Part shown: piece by piece, positions 22,799 to 36,300 of the stretch
Position numbering within the stretch: position 1 is the first letter of the stretch
How the letters are laid out: each line of letters opens with the position of its first letter
Assembly (NCBI GenBank): GCA_004431415.1
Contig: QPMI01000204.1
Coordinates: forward strand, 1-64,000
Source of the DNA: Cyanophora paradoxa CCMP329
Taxonomy: Eukaryota; Plantae; Glaucophyta
DNA: 64,000 nt
Direction: 5' to 3'
The notes under the pieces: model-generated
The model's database searches: none
Seen by the model: the letters and a program-made list of their open reading frames with translations, nothing else
Told to the model about the DNA's origin: nothing
Translations under genes and position numbers: made by a program

Positions 22799-25354
22799 AT
22801 GTCTCCCTCGGACCCCAGGCCACCGCCCCCTGTGGAGGGCCAGGAGGGCCAGGAGCCTAGCGACGTGGTGCCGGCGGCCAGCGGTCAACCCGACGATGAT
22901 GCTGTTAAAGTGCACCCGCAGCTATTGGGCGCTTCTCGCAAGCACTTACTCAGCGTTGGACTTGCGTGCACCCCGCAGGAGCGTGAGGCGGTTGCAGAAG
23001 AATTGATTGAGCATGGCGATCGGCCGCTGGATCAAGGTTCAGAGTCCGGAGAGTCCGAGGTGGAGACCCTTCGGGTGCGCGAGCTCAGTGTCCTTGCCGA
23101 TCTTCTGAAGAGCACTCTTGAGTGGTCTTTCTCGTTTTCCGCACGCTGATCCTCGAGTCCGCGCCGACAGGTTCCTTCTCCGCCTCCCGTTCGCACGTCA
23201 AGGCGCTCCCGGAAACCACCCGCACCAGCTTCTGACTTTGTCTACGAGCTTCCTCCATCGCTAAAAGGCGACAAGCCCGGGGACAGCGACGACGGCGGGG
23301 ATGCAGGAGTGAGTTCAAACCCGCATATCAAGCGCGCGCAGCACTGCGGCCGCCTCTAAGCTCTCCACTTCTGCAGTCCGACGACAATGCAAGGCTCAAC
23401 CATCAGCGCCGCGCCGCACAGCGACGCACGCCCACGCAGGATGACTTCGAGTATGACTTCTTGTCAACAGCACGGGAGCAGCTTCTGGACGCACCTGTGC
23501 CGATCATAGATAGCGAGCCCGTCGTCGCCATGGCGCGAGTAACGGGACGGCGCGACTCTACGACGGACGACGTGCGTAGATTCCTTCAGCCGGCGCGCGC
23601 AACGCTAGCTGACATGTTCCGCGCACGTCGAACAGTCCGGAAGTGGCGGAAGGAATCAGGAGGTATGACCAATCGCTCGCGCGTGCAGTGGCGCATCCCA
23701 TCTGACCGGGAGGGCATTCTGCAGAACGGATCTTCTCACGCCTCGAAGGGCCCCGCCTCGAAGGGAGTTGGCTCGAAGGCGCCTGGAAAGAGCACAGCAG
23801 CGAAAAAGGTCCCGAAGAAAGAACCGGCTGGCGAGAAGGACGGCGACCGGGAGGAGAAGCGATCATCGGCTTCGAAGGGGCCAGCTTCGAAGGGCCCAGC
23901 TTCGAAGGCGCCCGCCAAGGGCCCGGCGTCGAAGGGACCAGCATCGAAAGGCCCAGCATCGAAAGGCCCGGCCTCGAAGGGCCCGGCGTCTAAGGGGCCG
24001 GCGGCGAAGAAGCCGAAGCGGGACCAGGAGGACGAGGAGTACGTCGAGGAGATGCCCGTCGTGCGGGATCACGACGAGGAGTACCACGACCAGGAGCAGG
24101 TACGATCTCGCCGCTGGGGGGGGCCGCCCCCCGCTTCCCCCCGCGTGACGGCGCGGGCAGTACGAGGTGGTAGGCATGCACGACCTCCCCCCGGAGGAGT
24201 GGATGGAGCAGCACGGCTACGAGATCGAGCCCGTGCGTGGGGACGCGCCTTCCGCGGGGCTCGCGGCCGCGGCCGACGGGGGGCGGCAGGTGGAGGGGTA
24301 CGAGCACGGGGACTACGAGCCGCTGGACGCGGAGGAGATGGCGACGGCGGAGATGGCGGAGGCGGCGGCGGCGGCGGCGGCGGCGGCCGGCCTGCACTAC
24401 GAGGAGGGCGCCGAGGACGACGATGGCGGCTACTACGAGCCGCCCCCAGCGAAGCGCAGCCGCGGGCGCGGCTCCTCCAGCGCCGACCGCGAGTACTCTC
24501 CGTCGGGCTCCTCCGCCCCGCGCTCCTCCAAGAAGGGCAAGGGCGGCGGCTCCCGCGGCGGCGGCGGCAGCAGCAGCAGCCGCAAGTCGGAGGGCGCCGG
24601 CTCCGAAGTTTGCGTGCGCCCTCCCCTGCTCATCGCCCTCTGGCGCTGCTGAACCGGGTCGGGCAGAGCGGGCCGAGCCCGGCGCTGAGGACACAGGTGC
24701 TGAAGATCCTCGAGCGGGCGGGGCGGGCGATGACCGCGCCCGAGGTCTGCCGCCGCAAGCGCCTCGCGTTCTCCCCACGCCGCCTCTGCCCGCTGACCCC
24801 GCCCCAGATCTACGCGAAGATTCCCGCGAACCTGAAGCAGCACTTCGGCAACCGCCCCGCGAACGTCTTCCAGGCATACAAGCTCCGGTGCACGCGGGCG
24901 GGGCGCCGGCGCGCTGCCTCCGCCGCTGACCTGACGGCGGGCGGGCAGGGAGATGGAGCGCGACGGCGACATCATCATCGCGGGGCGCGTCGGCCGGAAC
25001 CACGCCTTCCTGTACACCCTCCCCGGCGACCCGGCGGCGACGGCGGCGGCGGCGGCGGCGGCCGGCGCGAACCAGCCGGTGCCCGGCGGGGCCGGGAGCA
25101 GCAGCTCGGGAGGCGGCGGCGGGGGCTCCTCCCGCTCGCGCTCCACCAGCGACAAGCATCCTCCGGTGCGCCGCTCGCCGCGCGCCGCGAGCTTCGCCTG
25201 ACGGCCGGCTCGCAAGGGGCAGGCGCAGCGCAGCTCGGGCTCATCCTCGTCATCGCGGCCGCCCCAGCAGGCCCCGCCGCCGCCGCGCACGCGACCGAAG
25301 CGGCACCGGCAGAGCTCGGCAACAGCAGACGAGTACGTGTACGACTCCCCATGA
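22799..25354 (+). CDS. Putative nuclear protein with a (GPASK)n basic repeat and a C-terminal winged-helix-like domain
   Basis: Exons join in frame. SE|VLKILERAGRAMTAPE|IYAKIP...KLR|EMERDGDIIIAGRVGRNHAFLYTL resembles a wHTH. Ends DEYVYDSP*. Confidence 0.6.
23868..24006 (+). repeat. Degenerate 15-bp coding repeat, (GPASK)n
   Basis: Units gcntcgaagggnccn with varied third positions. Confidence 0.85.
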
Positions 25355-25453
25355 TCGCGGCCGGCCCGGCCGTCCTGCCCTCTGTGGCGACGCCCCTCCT
25401 CTCTCTCTCTCTCTCGCCTGTACATACGATGCCTTGTACAACGCCCAAATATA

Positions 25454-26619
25454 TTAACAGGAGTCAGAACTCGAGCTCGAGTCCAAGTCTGGGCGTCGAG
25501 CCGGCTTGCGTCGCGGCGAGGGCCTGCAGCTGGGAGCTGCAGGGTGATCTTGAGCGAGACCGACTGTGGCCGACGCCCAGCGCGTCAAAATGACCGCCTT
25601 CACGCGCCTGCAAAACGCCAAGCGAGAATCTCAGCGCGGGCAGGCCTCGCCGGCGCCGGCGCAACCCACTGCATGGCACTGACCACGACCTCCAATGCTC
25701 AGCCATGGCGTGCTTGCCCTCATCGCGCGCGACCGAAGCGAAGTCTGTGAGGGGATAGAGCGCTCGGTGCTGATATCTGCTCCGTGGCGTCCGACGGTCA
25801 GGCAAGGGCGGGCTGGTAAGGGGGGAAGTGCGGGCCTCCCAAAGCGGATCGCGCGTTTGAGGAGCCGCTCTCTAAGATTCTTTCTCATGCTCAGCTTCCG
25901 TCTCCAAGCTAAATAGACAGACCTGCGGTAACGAGAGGTCATACGGCGCTGCAGCTGAGATCTAGAGATCTAGAGCGAGCGCGCCTCAGTCGAAATTCTT
26001 CTGCCCGCCGACGCAGCTGCCGTTCTGTCAGGGCGGCTCTCCACGCCCTCCGTTGCACGGCCGCGCGGAAAGCAGACTGCGCAAGGGCAAAATTAATGTT
26101 ATTTAGCTGAGCTATGCAATCGCCTCGTGCGGCCGCGCGCGCGGCCGATGATCATGATGGCACCTGAATTTTGATGGTGGCCCCCTGGCGCTGCTCCTCG
26201 CAAGCGCTACGATGCCTTCGGTAGGCTTTCTGGATGCACGAGGCCGCGGCATCGACGTCCAATTGCAAGCCGGCGCGAGGTTCGGCGCCGGCGCAGGCCG
26301 GCTCATGATCAAGCTCGATGTCGTCAAGAGGCTCGGTAAAGATCGGCGTTGGAAGAGGAGCATAATCCCGCGGCCGCTCCGGGCTCAGTTCGCGCAGCCG
26401 CCGAGTGCGAACTTGGTTCGGGGCGACCGCGGACGGCCGTGCTTGCAAGCCCAACCGCTGTACTTTAAGCTTCAGGAGCGTCCTCACGAGTATGACCACG
26501 ATCAGCCTGCTCACCTCGCGGTTGTAGCGCAGCGCTCGGCTTAGCGCCGGGAACGAGCGGAGCGGGTCATCCGCATCCCGCAGAAGGTCGGACCGGACGC
26601 GCACCCGGACCAGCGGCAT
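25454..26619 (-). CDS. IQ-motif (calmodulin/centrin-binding-like) protein, about 4 exons
   Basis: AASCIQKAYRRHR is an IQ motif. Splicing 26163 to 25949 creates a second IQ-like motif, ATIKIQ|RRMTSRYRR. Further GC-AG and GT-AG introns lead to TAA at 25454. Confidence 0.5.
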
Positions 26620-26786
26620 GATTCGCTGTGCACGAAATTTTGAAGGCACCTCGGCTGGGTACGCGTTTCACACGTTGCCAGCCACAGGAGCGGAGCAGAG
26701 AGAGGGCGCGCGTTCGCAGTCAACGCGAAAAGCGCATGGAAGACGCGCGGGTAGCGCTCCGCCGCACGTAGCTAAAGCTTCCGATC

Positions 26787-27701
26787 ATGGTCCGCCGCGC
26801 TGACACGACGCGCTGGTTGACGCGACGCCGCTGACAAGCTAGCGCAGTTTTCCCTGCTTTGGGGACTTTGGGAGTACTTCACGTCGAAAGCGGAGTTCCA
26901 GGTCCTCATCCTCGGCATCGACCATGCGGGAAAGACGGTACGCGGAGGGCGCCGTCCCGCCCGTGCCGGAGCTAGCTACCGAGACTCCAATGACTCGTCC
27001 CGCGTTGCTTTTCCGCAGACACTCCTGGAGAAGATGAAGGGCATCTTTGCTGACATCGAGGGCTTAGCGCCGGACAAGATTGCGCCGACCGTCGGCCTGA
27101 ATAGTGCGCCAACATTATCAGCCTTCGTTCTGTAGGCGCGCCCGCACTCAGACACTTGCGTGCAGTCGGGCGTTTCGAAGTTGGCAATGTGAAGCTCATC
27201 TTTTGGGACCTCGGGGGCCAGATTGGCCTGCGCGGCATCTGGGACAAGTATTTTGCTGAGACTCAGGCACTCATTTACGTCGTCGATTCCGCAAACACGA
27301 ACCGCTTCGACGAATCCCGATCTGCGCTCGGTGCTTGCGTTCTTTCCCGCCCCCGAATTCCGCACAAGCGCTGAGTGGCCGGGGATCCGTGCAGACGAGC
27401 TTCTTGCGGATCCGAAATTGGATGGGGTGCCGCTGTTGTTTCTTGCGAACAAGCAGGACCTCCCAACCGCGCGGCCAGCCCAGGACACTGCATCCATGTT
27501 CGACCTGGGGCGCGTCAAGGGTCGCGGCTGCCGGGTGCAGCCCGTGAGTGCAATCTCGGGGTGAGACCCGCATGATCTCCTGCGCACTGAGCTGTGCTGT
27601 CGCACTGAGCTGTGGTGTCGCACAGCCGCGGCATCCGGGAGGGCATCACATGGCTTGTGGACGTCTTGAAAAGCAGTGCCCGAAGAAAAGAGAAGAGGTG
27701 A
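26787..27701 (+). CDS. ARFRP1: ARF-related protein 1 GTPase
   Basis: M|FSLLWGLWEYF..ILGIDHAGKT|TLLE..PTVGLN|IGR..FWDLGGQ..FLANKQD..VSA. The aromatic N-terminus without Gly2 is typical of ARFRP1/Arl3p. Confidence 0.93.
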
Positions 27702-28350
27702 CCCTGACCTGCAGCTCTTGCACCTGTGGGCCCTGTTGGAATTGGCCGGGCTGTGTTCCCCCTAGTAGTTGTACAGCGCATGATTTTCTGCAGATGATTT
27801 TCAGGTCGCCGCGATGTCAGCGGGAGAGCCGGTGCCTCGCACCCCGGACTCCGCGAGCTAGCGCTTCTATTTCCTCAGGGCCTAGCCGCTTAGCCACTGG
27901 GCCATAGCGCTGCAAGGCATGCTGCCGCAATGCGGGCGGGGCCGGGCTTCGCTCCCGCGCCCGGCCCGGCGGCCCAGGATTAGAGACCCCAGCGTGCTAG
28001 CGCTGACGTTCAATGATTGGCAAATCAAATTTGTAAGTGACTCTGTCAGTGAGCGCGCGCTACTAGGCTAAGCCGCTAACTTAGTATGTACGTAAGATTG
28101 GGCGAAACACGCCTGTCGCTGTATCGATCCGATGATCACGGCCTACAGCTGCAGTGTCGTGCGCGTGCGAGCTTAAGCTTCACCGAACTCATCGCCGCGC
28201 CGATGCATCTATAGCTAGCGTGATATCAAGCCCATACGAATTAGCGACACAGCAGCACATTGATACGAGGCTTGCATTCTCCTCGCATACTCCTCAACTA
28301 AGGATGGGAATGGGAGTCCGCGGACTGTTCGCCACAATGGGATCGTGTAC

Positions 28351-30015
28351 TTAACGCCGATCGCGGTCGCGGGAGTCGCGGCGGCGGGGGCTGCGGCTGC
28401 GGCTGCGATCCCGGCGACGGTCGTCGCGGTCGCGGGAGGAGCGCTCGCGCTTCGCGTCGCGATCGTCACGGTCGTCGCGCTTGTCGCGATCGTCACGCTT
28501 GCGGTCCTCAGGGGTGCGGCTGCGGATGGCGCGGATGAGCCGGGAAGGGGGAATACAACGCTGAAAACCGTCGCACCTCCGAGAACGCTTGTCATAGAGA
28601 CGCCAGGGGCTCCGCTCGCGACTGCGGCGGCGCACGGGGGACGGGGACCGGCTGCGCGAACGACCACGGCCGCCGGGCGAGCGCGAGCGCCGGCTTCCAA
28701 CACCGGAGCTTCGCCTGAGGGAAATCGTTAGCGAATCACCAATTTATATTTGCGAAAACCCGCGCCCGCTAGACAAGGGATATATTGACTACGGAGAGTG
28801 GGGAGGAGCGCTGAAAATCGGGACGCATTTGGTGTCGACAAGTCAGACCTGGCCAGCAATGGCGCCAAGGTGTTATAGTGGAGACGATGAGCGCAGCAGA
28901 AGGGATAGCGGAGCGCGGCGAGGTAGCGCGATTGGAATGTAGCGTGGAGGGCAGTGAGTAGTATGGGGCTCAGGGTGTCGACAAGCAGCGGTGTCGGCCT
29001 CTAGGAAGCGCAGTTGATCGAGCTTTTTTAGGTAGATGGTGAAGGACGTAGGGGGGCGATAGAAGCCGGAAGGCGCCAGCAGTGGAGAGGGTGCAGGCGA
29101 CGAGAGACGATGAGAGGACGCACGAGTCGCCGAGCGAGCTGGAGTTGCCAGCCATGTACTCCACCGTAATGGTACGGTCCAGAACCTTGGAGCCGTTGAG
29201 CGCCTTCATTGCCGCAGTCGCCTCCTCGACGGTGTCGTACTGGATGAACGCGAAGTTCTGACGACACGAGTCAGATCAAGACAGCGGATCTTCCGCAGGC
29301 GTCTTTTTTGGACCTTCTTCATCTCAACCTGCGCATTAAAAACAAGGCGGTGAGGAAATGTCTCGAAGAGGGCGCGGAGCAGAAACAAACCCGCTTGATC
29401 TTGCCGTACTTCTCAAACATCTCCTCAATGTCTGAGCGGCGCGTGCGCCTCTCATCGAAGTTGACGACGAAAACGGTGTCGGTCGGGTTCTGCTGAGCCC
29501 GGCGGCGGCGATCCTCCTCGCGCCTGCGGGGAATATGGGTCAGCGTTGCTGACCTGTTGAATCAGCTGGCGCGAACAACAAACCGCTTGATAGCGCCATC
29601 GCCTCGAGCAAATTCGACGCGGAGCTTCCTGCGCTCCGGCCCGAACTCGATGCGGTCGAACTCCTTCACGGCATCCTGAGCGTCGCGGTCATCCTGCGCG
29701 AGAAGAGTGAGTTTCCGATCTTCCCGCGTCAAAAACGCGCGTAAACCTCGTAGAAGATGAACGCGAAGCCAGTCTTCATGTCTGCGCGGGAAGGCGGGCG
29801 GGTCGGATGGCGAAACCTGTGAACACAAGAGCGCGGCCGCACCGATGCGACCAATCCTGCCCTTCTTGCCGAAGAGCCTCTCCAGCTCATCCTCCCGAGC
29901 GCCCTCCTCGAGATTCCCTGGCGACGGGAACAAGTAAGCGTGGCCGCCGAATCAAAAGCAATCCGCAGGAATGCCGGGGCGAACCGACATAGACCGCGCG
30001 ACCTTCGCGGGGCAT
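28351..30015 (-). CDS. Two-RRM SR splicing factor resembling the plant RS subfamily (RS31/RS40/RS41)
   Basis: VYV|GNL..|DMKTGFAFIFYE|DDRDAQDAV..RIEFG..KLRVEF; TVFVVNFDERRTR..|NFAFIQY..VLDRTITVEY; RS/RD-rich tail. Confidence 0.88.
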
Positions 30016-30368
30016 TTTGCTCGGCGATGGACTCCGAACCACCTGTACCCGGGGCCAACAAGGTACCCCAGCCAAACTTCGAGTCTTCGAGCCACTTCGC
30101 GCTTCGCAGCCCGTCCGACCTCGCGGGAGGAGGCTAGGCCCAGCGGTTATCCTGTAGGCCCAGCGGCAGGCCAACGTGGCGGCAATTTGAATTCAAAAGC
30201 TGCCAGCGCCTCCAAAAATTTGAACTCAGGCAGCACCGGCCATCACCAGCGAGCGCCAGCGAGCGCCAGTGCATTGCAATACATCATACAAAGCGATTAC
30301 AGTAGCTGCGGGTTATGGCCCGGCCGCCGATCTGGGGACTGTAACTCCGCGCTGCACCCGACAGTCGC

Positions 30369-33300
30369 ATGGAGGCCAGGTCGGGCCCTCGCAGCTGCGC
30401 TTAGCTTGGCGTACGCAGCTGACGCCTTGAGTTTCGCAGTGAGAGCCTCGCTGAGCGCGCCAGGCAGCGCATTTTGAAGAAGAAGAGAGGCGAGGAAAAG
30501 CGCGACTCGCCGTCAGACGAGGTCGAGGCAGTCCCATCTGCTTCCGGCGGGGACAGTCCGGTGGGATCTACTCCTGAACGCGCGCCGGAGGAGGAGCGGG
30601 ATGCGAGGAAGGAGCGCCCGCCGCCTATAGTATGAACTTTCAAATCTGTCACGGATCCGCGCAGCCTGACCAGCGTCCGCTGCGCCGCTGTCGCTGCAGG
30701 AGATCGAGACAGTGCCCGACAGGCCCATAGCTTCTGCATCTGAACCAGGAGCCTCTCGCTTCAGGGATCGGATACGGGTCAGTGTGCCACCAGCTCGAAC
30801 TAGCACATCCCGTGACGGCGGTGTTTTCTGGTTACTCAGGGCCGAAAGAACCCTGGAGATGCTGGAGCTGGTGTCGGACAGGTGCTCCCGTGCGAGCGCT
30901 CCGCGACATCCACGTGTTGGCTGAGGCGCATGCCGCAGGCTGAAGCGGGCCCTTCTTCGGCTGGAGGCGATTCGCCAGCGGTATGCGCGAGTATACATGA
31001 AGCGTTCCGCCTCAGCTTAGCGGGAGTGGCCCTCGCAGCAAGAGGACCCGGCAACTCCAGTGCAGCGCCGGATCGAGCGCCGTGTGCGCAGGAGTAGCCG
31101 GTTCGATCTTGTCCGAGGCTCCGGCGCATCAGAGGTGGACGAAAGCAGGGCATCCCGGCTCTCGGCCATAAAGGTTTGTACGCTGGCCGGTTATCTTCCT
31201 CGCCCGCTGATGCATTCGAGCACAGGAGAGCGCCCGACCCAGTGCTCGGGACGAGGGAGACAGGGCGAGCCGAGGGCAGGGCCCTGCTCCGGTGCCTGGT
31301 GCACCGGAATCTGCAGCGGTTCGTTGGCGACGATTGGCGAAGAAGGGATTTGACCGCTTGTTTGACTTTCAAGCAGGGTGTCGGTCTTGGAGAGCCCGAG
31401 ATTCCAGACACCGAGCAGGATACAGGAACCGCAAGCAAGGGCCCTGATGCTGCGGACGAAGAAGAATGCAAGGCTCTTGCTTCCTTTCCTTTTCTCTTTG
31501 TTTTCTGACTGCTGTGCGCCAGTCGTCGTGCCCGAAGATGAGTCGCTGGAGGCTATTCGCCGCGGGAAATGGCGATTTGCAGACCCCGAGAAACGTCTTG
31601 AGATCGTGCGCCCAGCGCCGCCGCCAACGAAGCCTCTTGTCAATGCCGCTGAGCAGGAAGCCAAGCACCTCTTCGAACTGCCAACGAGCTTCTTCTTTTT
31701 CGTGAGGGCACCTCCCAGCCGGCCAAGGGACGACGGCGGCGAAGAAGTGCGCCGCCTTCGCAGAAGGAAGGGACGCGGCTGCTCGGTCTGATTTTCCGCC
31801 AGGCGACCGCGTCTGGGGTTGTCCCCCGCATCGCCCGGGATGAGGGGCTGTACGTTGAGCGGAGGTGGTCGCTCTGCCCCCAACCCCTGCCGCCGGGCGC
31901 CTTCCTCTGATCGCGCGGGGGCCGTCAGCCCCTACCTCTCGGAGTCGAACCTGCGGCGCATCGAGTGGCGCTTCCTCCAGGAGGACCCCGAGTGCGCAGC
32001 GCCCCTCGGGGGCCCCGCGCGCCCCCCCGACGAAGCCTCCGCAGGCGGAGGCGGCTCTTCACAGCGCAGGGCGACGTTCTCGTCGGCGCGGACCCCGTGC
32101 TCCTCCGCAGGTGCCCCCGCCGTCCCTCGCGCCCCGCTCCTCCCGACGCCGCCCCCCGCAGCGGCCGCCCGAACCGCTGGTTCGACCCCTCCGCGCCCCA
32201 CTTGGAGCTTCTGTACGCTCGCCGCGTCTTCGCGCGGGTGCGCGGCTCTTGCGGGCGCCAGCGCGCGTGGCGGCTGAGGGCGGGGCAGGGCGTGCAGGCG
32301 GACCGGGAGAACAAGTTCGTGCTGGAGGTGGACGTGAACGCGGTGCAGTTCAGCGACCACCCACTCTGCATCAAGGAGGACATCCTCGCCGCCGAGCTCC
32401 ACGCCATGCACGCCTCCTTCAGGCCCGCCCCCGCCCCGCCAGCCCCGCCCCGGCCGCCGCCGAGCGGCTCGCAGGGCCCGGCAGCAGCTGAACATGGTGA
32501 CGTTCCTCACGAACAAGCTGGAGGCGCTCGAGGCGGAATGGCGGAAGCTGACGGGCGACCGCGTGGATACCGTCGAGCGCGAGAAGGAGGAGGGGGCCGG
32601 CAAGGAGCCGAGCCCCGCCACCGTCGAGCGCGACCGCCGCCTCGCGGTGCTCCGCCGCGAGATCCGCCAGACGCGCCAGCTGCGGGTGCGCCGCCCGGCT
32701 CCGGCCCCGCGTCGGGGCCCGACGGGGCGCCGCAGGACGACGAGGAGGAGCAGGAGCACGCCGTCGTCCGCAAGATGATCTCCACCTGGAACCGCATCAA
32801 GAAGCTCCGCCAGGTGCGCGGCCGGGCGGGGGCCGCCGCGCGAGGCCCGAGGCGAGGCGGGGCGGGGGCAGGACCAGGGCTTCACGTCGACGACGGCGAA
32901 GCTGACGGTGCGGCGGGTGGAGGCGGACGCGGAGGAGGACGAGGCGCGGCTGCGGCGCGACGTCGAGGACGAGGTCGCCCTCCTCGAGCAGGAGCACGAC
33001 GCCTCCTGCGCCGCCAAGGTGCCCCGCCCCCCGCCCCGCCCCCCGCCCCGCCCCCGGCCCCGCTCACGCCCCGCCAGGTGCGCGAGTACGAGGAGAACAT
33101 GCGCAAGTACGACGAGTACAGGCAATACCTGAAGGCCAAGGCGGAGCGCAAGCGGGCGAAGGAGGAGCGCGCCAAGGCCCGTGACGAGCTCGAGACGAAG
33201 CGGGCGGCGGCGGTGGCGGCGCGGGAGGCGCGGAGCCGGGAGCTCCTGGAGCGGGAGCGGAAGGAGGAGGAGGCGAAGAAGGAGCGGGGGGAGAAGAAGA

Positions 33301-36300
33301 AGCGGCGGGGCCTGAGCTCCGGGGGCGGGGAGCTGCGGGACGAGGCGCTGGAGGGGTCGGCGCGGGAGCTGGCGGACCTCGAGCCGACGAAGGAGGAGCT
33401 CGAGCTCGAGCAGGCCCTCCGCCAGCTCGAGGCGCCCCTCGCCCTCGCCCCCGTCAAGCGCCTCCCCAAGGCCCGCCCCGCCCCGCCCCGCCCCGCCCCG
33501 CCCCGCGGCGCGGTGCCTGAGGCGGGAGCAGGTGGAGAAGCCGGAGCCGCCGGTGTACGTGGCGTTCCACCGGAAGAAGGAGGCGAAGGCCATCCAGGAG
33601 CGCCTCGAGCGCACCCGCCGCCGCCCCGGCGAGGCCCTCCTCTTCCCCATCGTCGCCCGCTCCACCGTCCCCACCCCGGCCGCCGAGTGTCCCCCGGTAC
33701 GCACCCCCGGGCCCGTGCGCGCCGCTCCGCTGACGCCCGCCGGGGCAGGCGGAGCGGGCGCGGCGGGGCCGGATCCAGGCCTACAACGTCTACGCGCGCC
33801 TCCTACTCAACGGGCAGCCCGTCTCCCGCACGAAGGTGCGGCCCGGCTCTTTTCTCCCCGCGGGCGCCGCCGACGGGCCGGCAGCCGGTGGCGCTCGGCA
33901 CGGGCTTCACGGCGACCTTCGACGAGCGCTTCAGCATCCACACGGCTCGCTACCCCGACAGCATCGCCGTCCAGATCATGCGGGTGGTGCGCGGGGGCGG
34001 CGGGGGCGGCGGGGGCGGCGGGGGCGGGCGTGACGGGGCGGCAGCGGCCGGCGCTGGCGGACGAGGTGGTGGCGACGGTGTACGTGCCGGTGCCGGACCC
34101 CGACGCCTCGCCGAGCAAGCTCCTGGGCGAGGGCCTCCTCGCCGGCGGCCCCGGGCCCCGGCCCCTCCAGCTCCTCGAGTTCACGGGGGACGCCCCCGCC
34201 GCCCCCGCCGCCGGCCTCACGGACCTCGCCGCCGAGTCCCCCGCCGGCCGCTTCCCCGCCGGCGTCCTCTCCCTCCACGCCTCCTGGGCCCCGCCCGACG
34301 TCGAGGCCGGCGTCACCGCCCCCGAGCCGCCCCTCAAGTGCGCCCCCCCGCCCGGGGGTCGCTCGCCGGGCCCGGGCCTGACGGCGGGCAGGGCGGTGGA
34401 GAGCATGCTGCCGCTGCGGCGGTCGGTGCTGGGCGCGAGCGTCTCGTCGGTGCGGCTGCGGCTGGAGGAGCAGCTCGTCGGGCTCGACCCGAACGACCCC
34501 CGCAACGGGCCCCTCCTCGACGCCCTCCGCGCCGCCCGCCAGGACCCGCGCTCCGCCCACGCCTTCCGCCCCAACATCCACTCCCGCCAGCTCCTCCTCC
34601 ACGCCGTGCGCCCCCCCTTCGCCAGCCGCGCCGCGCCGCGCTGCGGCGGCGCCGACGGGGCGGCAGGAGGCGGAGGCTGCAGAGGGGAAGGAGGAGCAGA
34701 CGAGCGAGGGGACGCAGAGCTCGGCGCAGGCGGCGGCGCTGGCGCGGCGGCTGGAGGAGCGGCACAAGAAGGAGGAGGAGCGGCTGGCGGCGGCGGGCCT
34801 GGCGCGCCCCTCGGACTTCCTCCTCCAGATCCGCGCCAAGCAGCGGGCCCTCCTCTACGCCAAGGGCCGCCTCTCCGCCCGCCCCGCCCTCACCGACATC
34901 GTCAAGGAGGAGCCCCTGCCCCAGTTCAAGGTCCCGCCCCCGCCCCCGCCCCGCCGCCCCCGGCCGACCCCCGCGCAGTTCTCCATCCAGTTCATCCTGG
35001 AGCTCTTCGCTCCGCGGCGGAAGCTGCGGCCGGCGCGGAAGACGCCCAAGGCGGCGACGAGCCGCATGCCGGAGCGCTGCTCGCTCGTCGTGCAGGTCAT
35101 CCGCGCCTACAACCTCCCCGTCCGCTCCAACGCCGCCGAGGCCGCCGGCCCCACCTCCACCCGCATCGAGCGCTCCACCATCCGCCGCGGCGCCGTCAGG
35201 CGCGCCCCCCTCGGCCCTCCCCGCGCCCCGCTCCGCCTTACTCGCCGGCAGCATGCTCTCGGGGGTCTCAGTGGCCGGCGGGGAGGGCGCCGCGGCAGCG
35301 CCGCCGGAGCCCGAGGACCTCTCCGCCTCGTCCGGAGCCGAGGTGCGCCGTGCGCCGCGGGCCGCGGGGCGGGGGCCGACAGGGCGCGCAGCGGCTGCAG
35401 CCGTACGCGGAGGTGCGCTTCATGTCGCGATCGGGGCGGACGCGCTGCATGGAAGGCTCCAGCCCGCAGTGGAACGAGGCGCGCCGCCCGCCTGGCGCCC
35501 GGGGCGGGGCGGGGGCTGAGGCGGCGCGCAGGCGGTGACGATGCCGGTGGAGATCATCCAGGCGAAGGGCTTCTCCCCCGAGGAGGTCCGCGACGAGATC
35601 TCCATCAACTTCTTCGACGAGAGCGTCGCCGAGAAGCCCCGCGTGCGCCCCCCCGCCCCGCCCCGCCTCCCCGCGCCTGCGTGCCTGAGGCGGCGCAGGA
35701 CGACCGGCTGAAGAACACGGTCACGCACCACGTCGAGCGGCGCTGGCTCGGCTCCTTCTCCCTGCGTGCGCCCCGCCGGCCCCGCCCCGCCGCGCGCCCC
35801 GGCCCGACGCCGCGCAGCGTTCACGACGCTGTACGCGAACGAGCGAATCGAGGGGACGTTCGAGCTGGAGACGCCCATGGTGAACCTCGGCTACCGGCAC
35901 GAGGCCGGGGACACGCTCAAAGGAACCCTCTCCACCCTCGGCTCCCCCGCCCCCGAGGAGCGCCCCGAGGGGGAGGCCAAGGCGGAGGAGGCGGGGAAGA
36001 AGGGGGAGAAGGAGAAGGCGGCGCCCTCGATGGTCTCCCTCTTCTTCGCCCTCGACCCGCCCCTCTTCTCCCGCGAGCCCGTCGAGGACGAGGCGCGCCC
36101 CGCCCCCTCCCGCCCCCTCCCGCGTGGCGCTGAGGGCGGGGGCAGCTGGCGACGACGGAGGAGCGCTCGCTGATGCAGTACGGCGCCCAGTGGCTCCGCG
36201 AGATCCGCCGCCACAAGCACCTCCAGCGCCGCGACGCCAGGGCCCGCCCCGCCCCGCCCCGCCCCGCCATTCCCCGCCCCGGGCGCCGGCTGAGGCGGCG

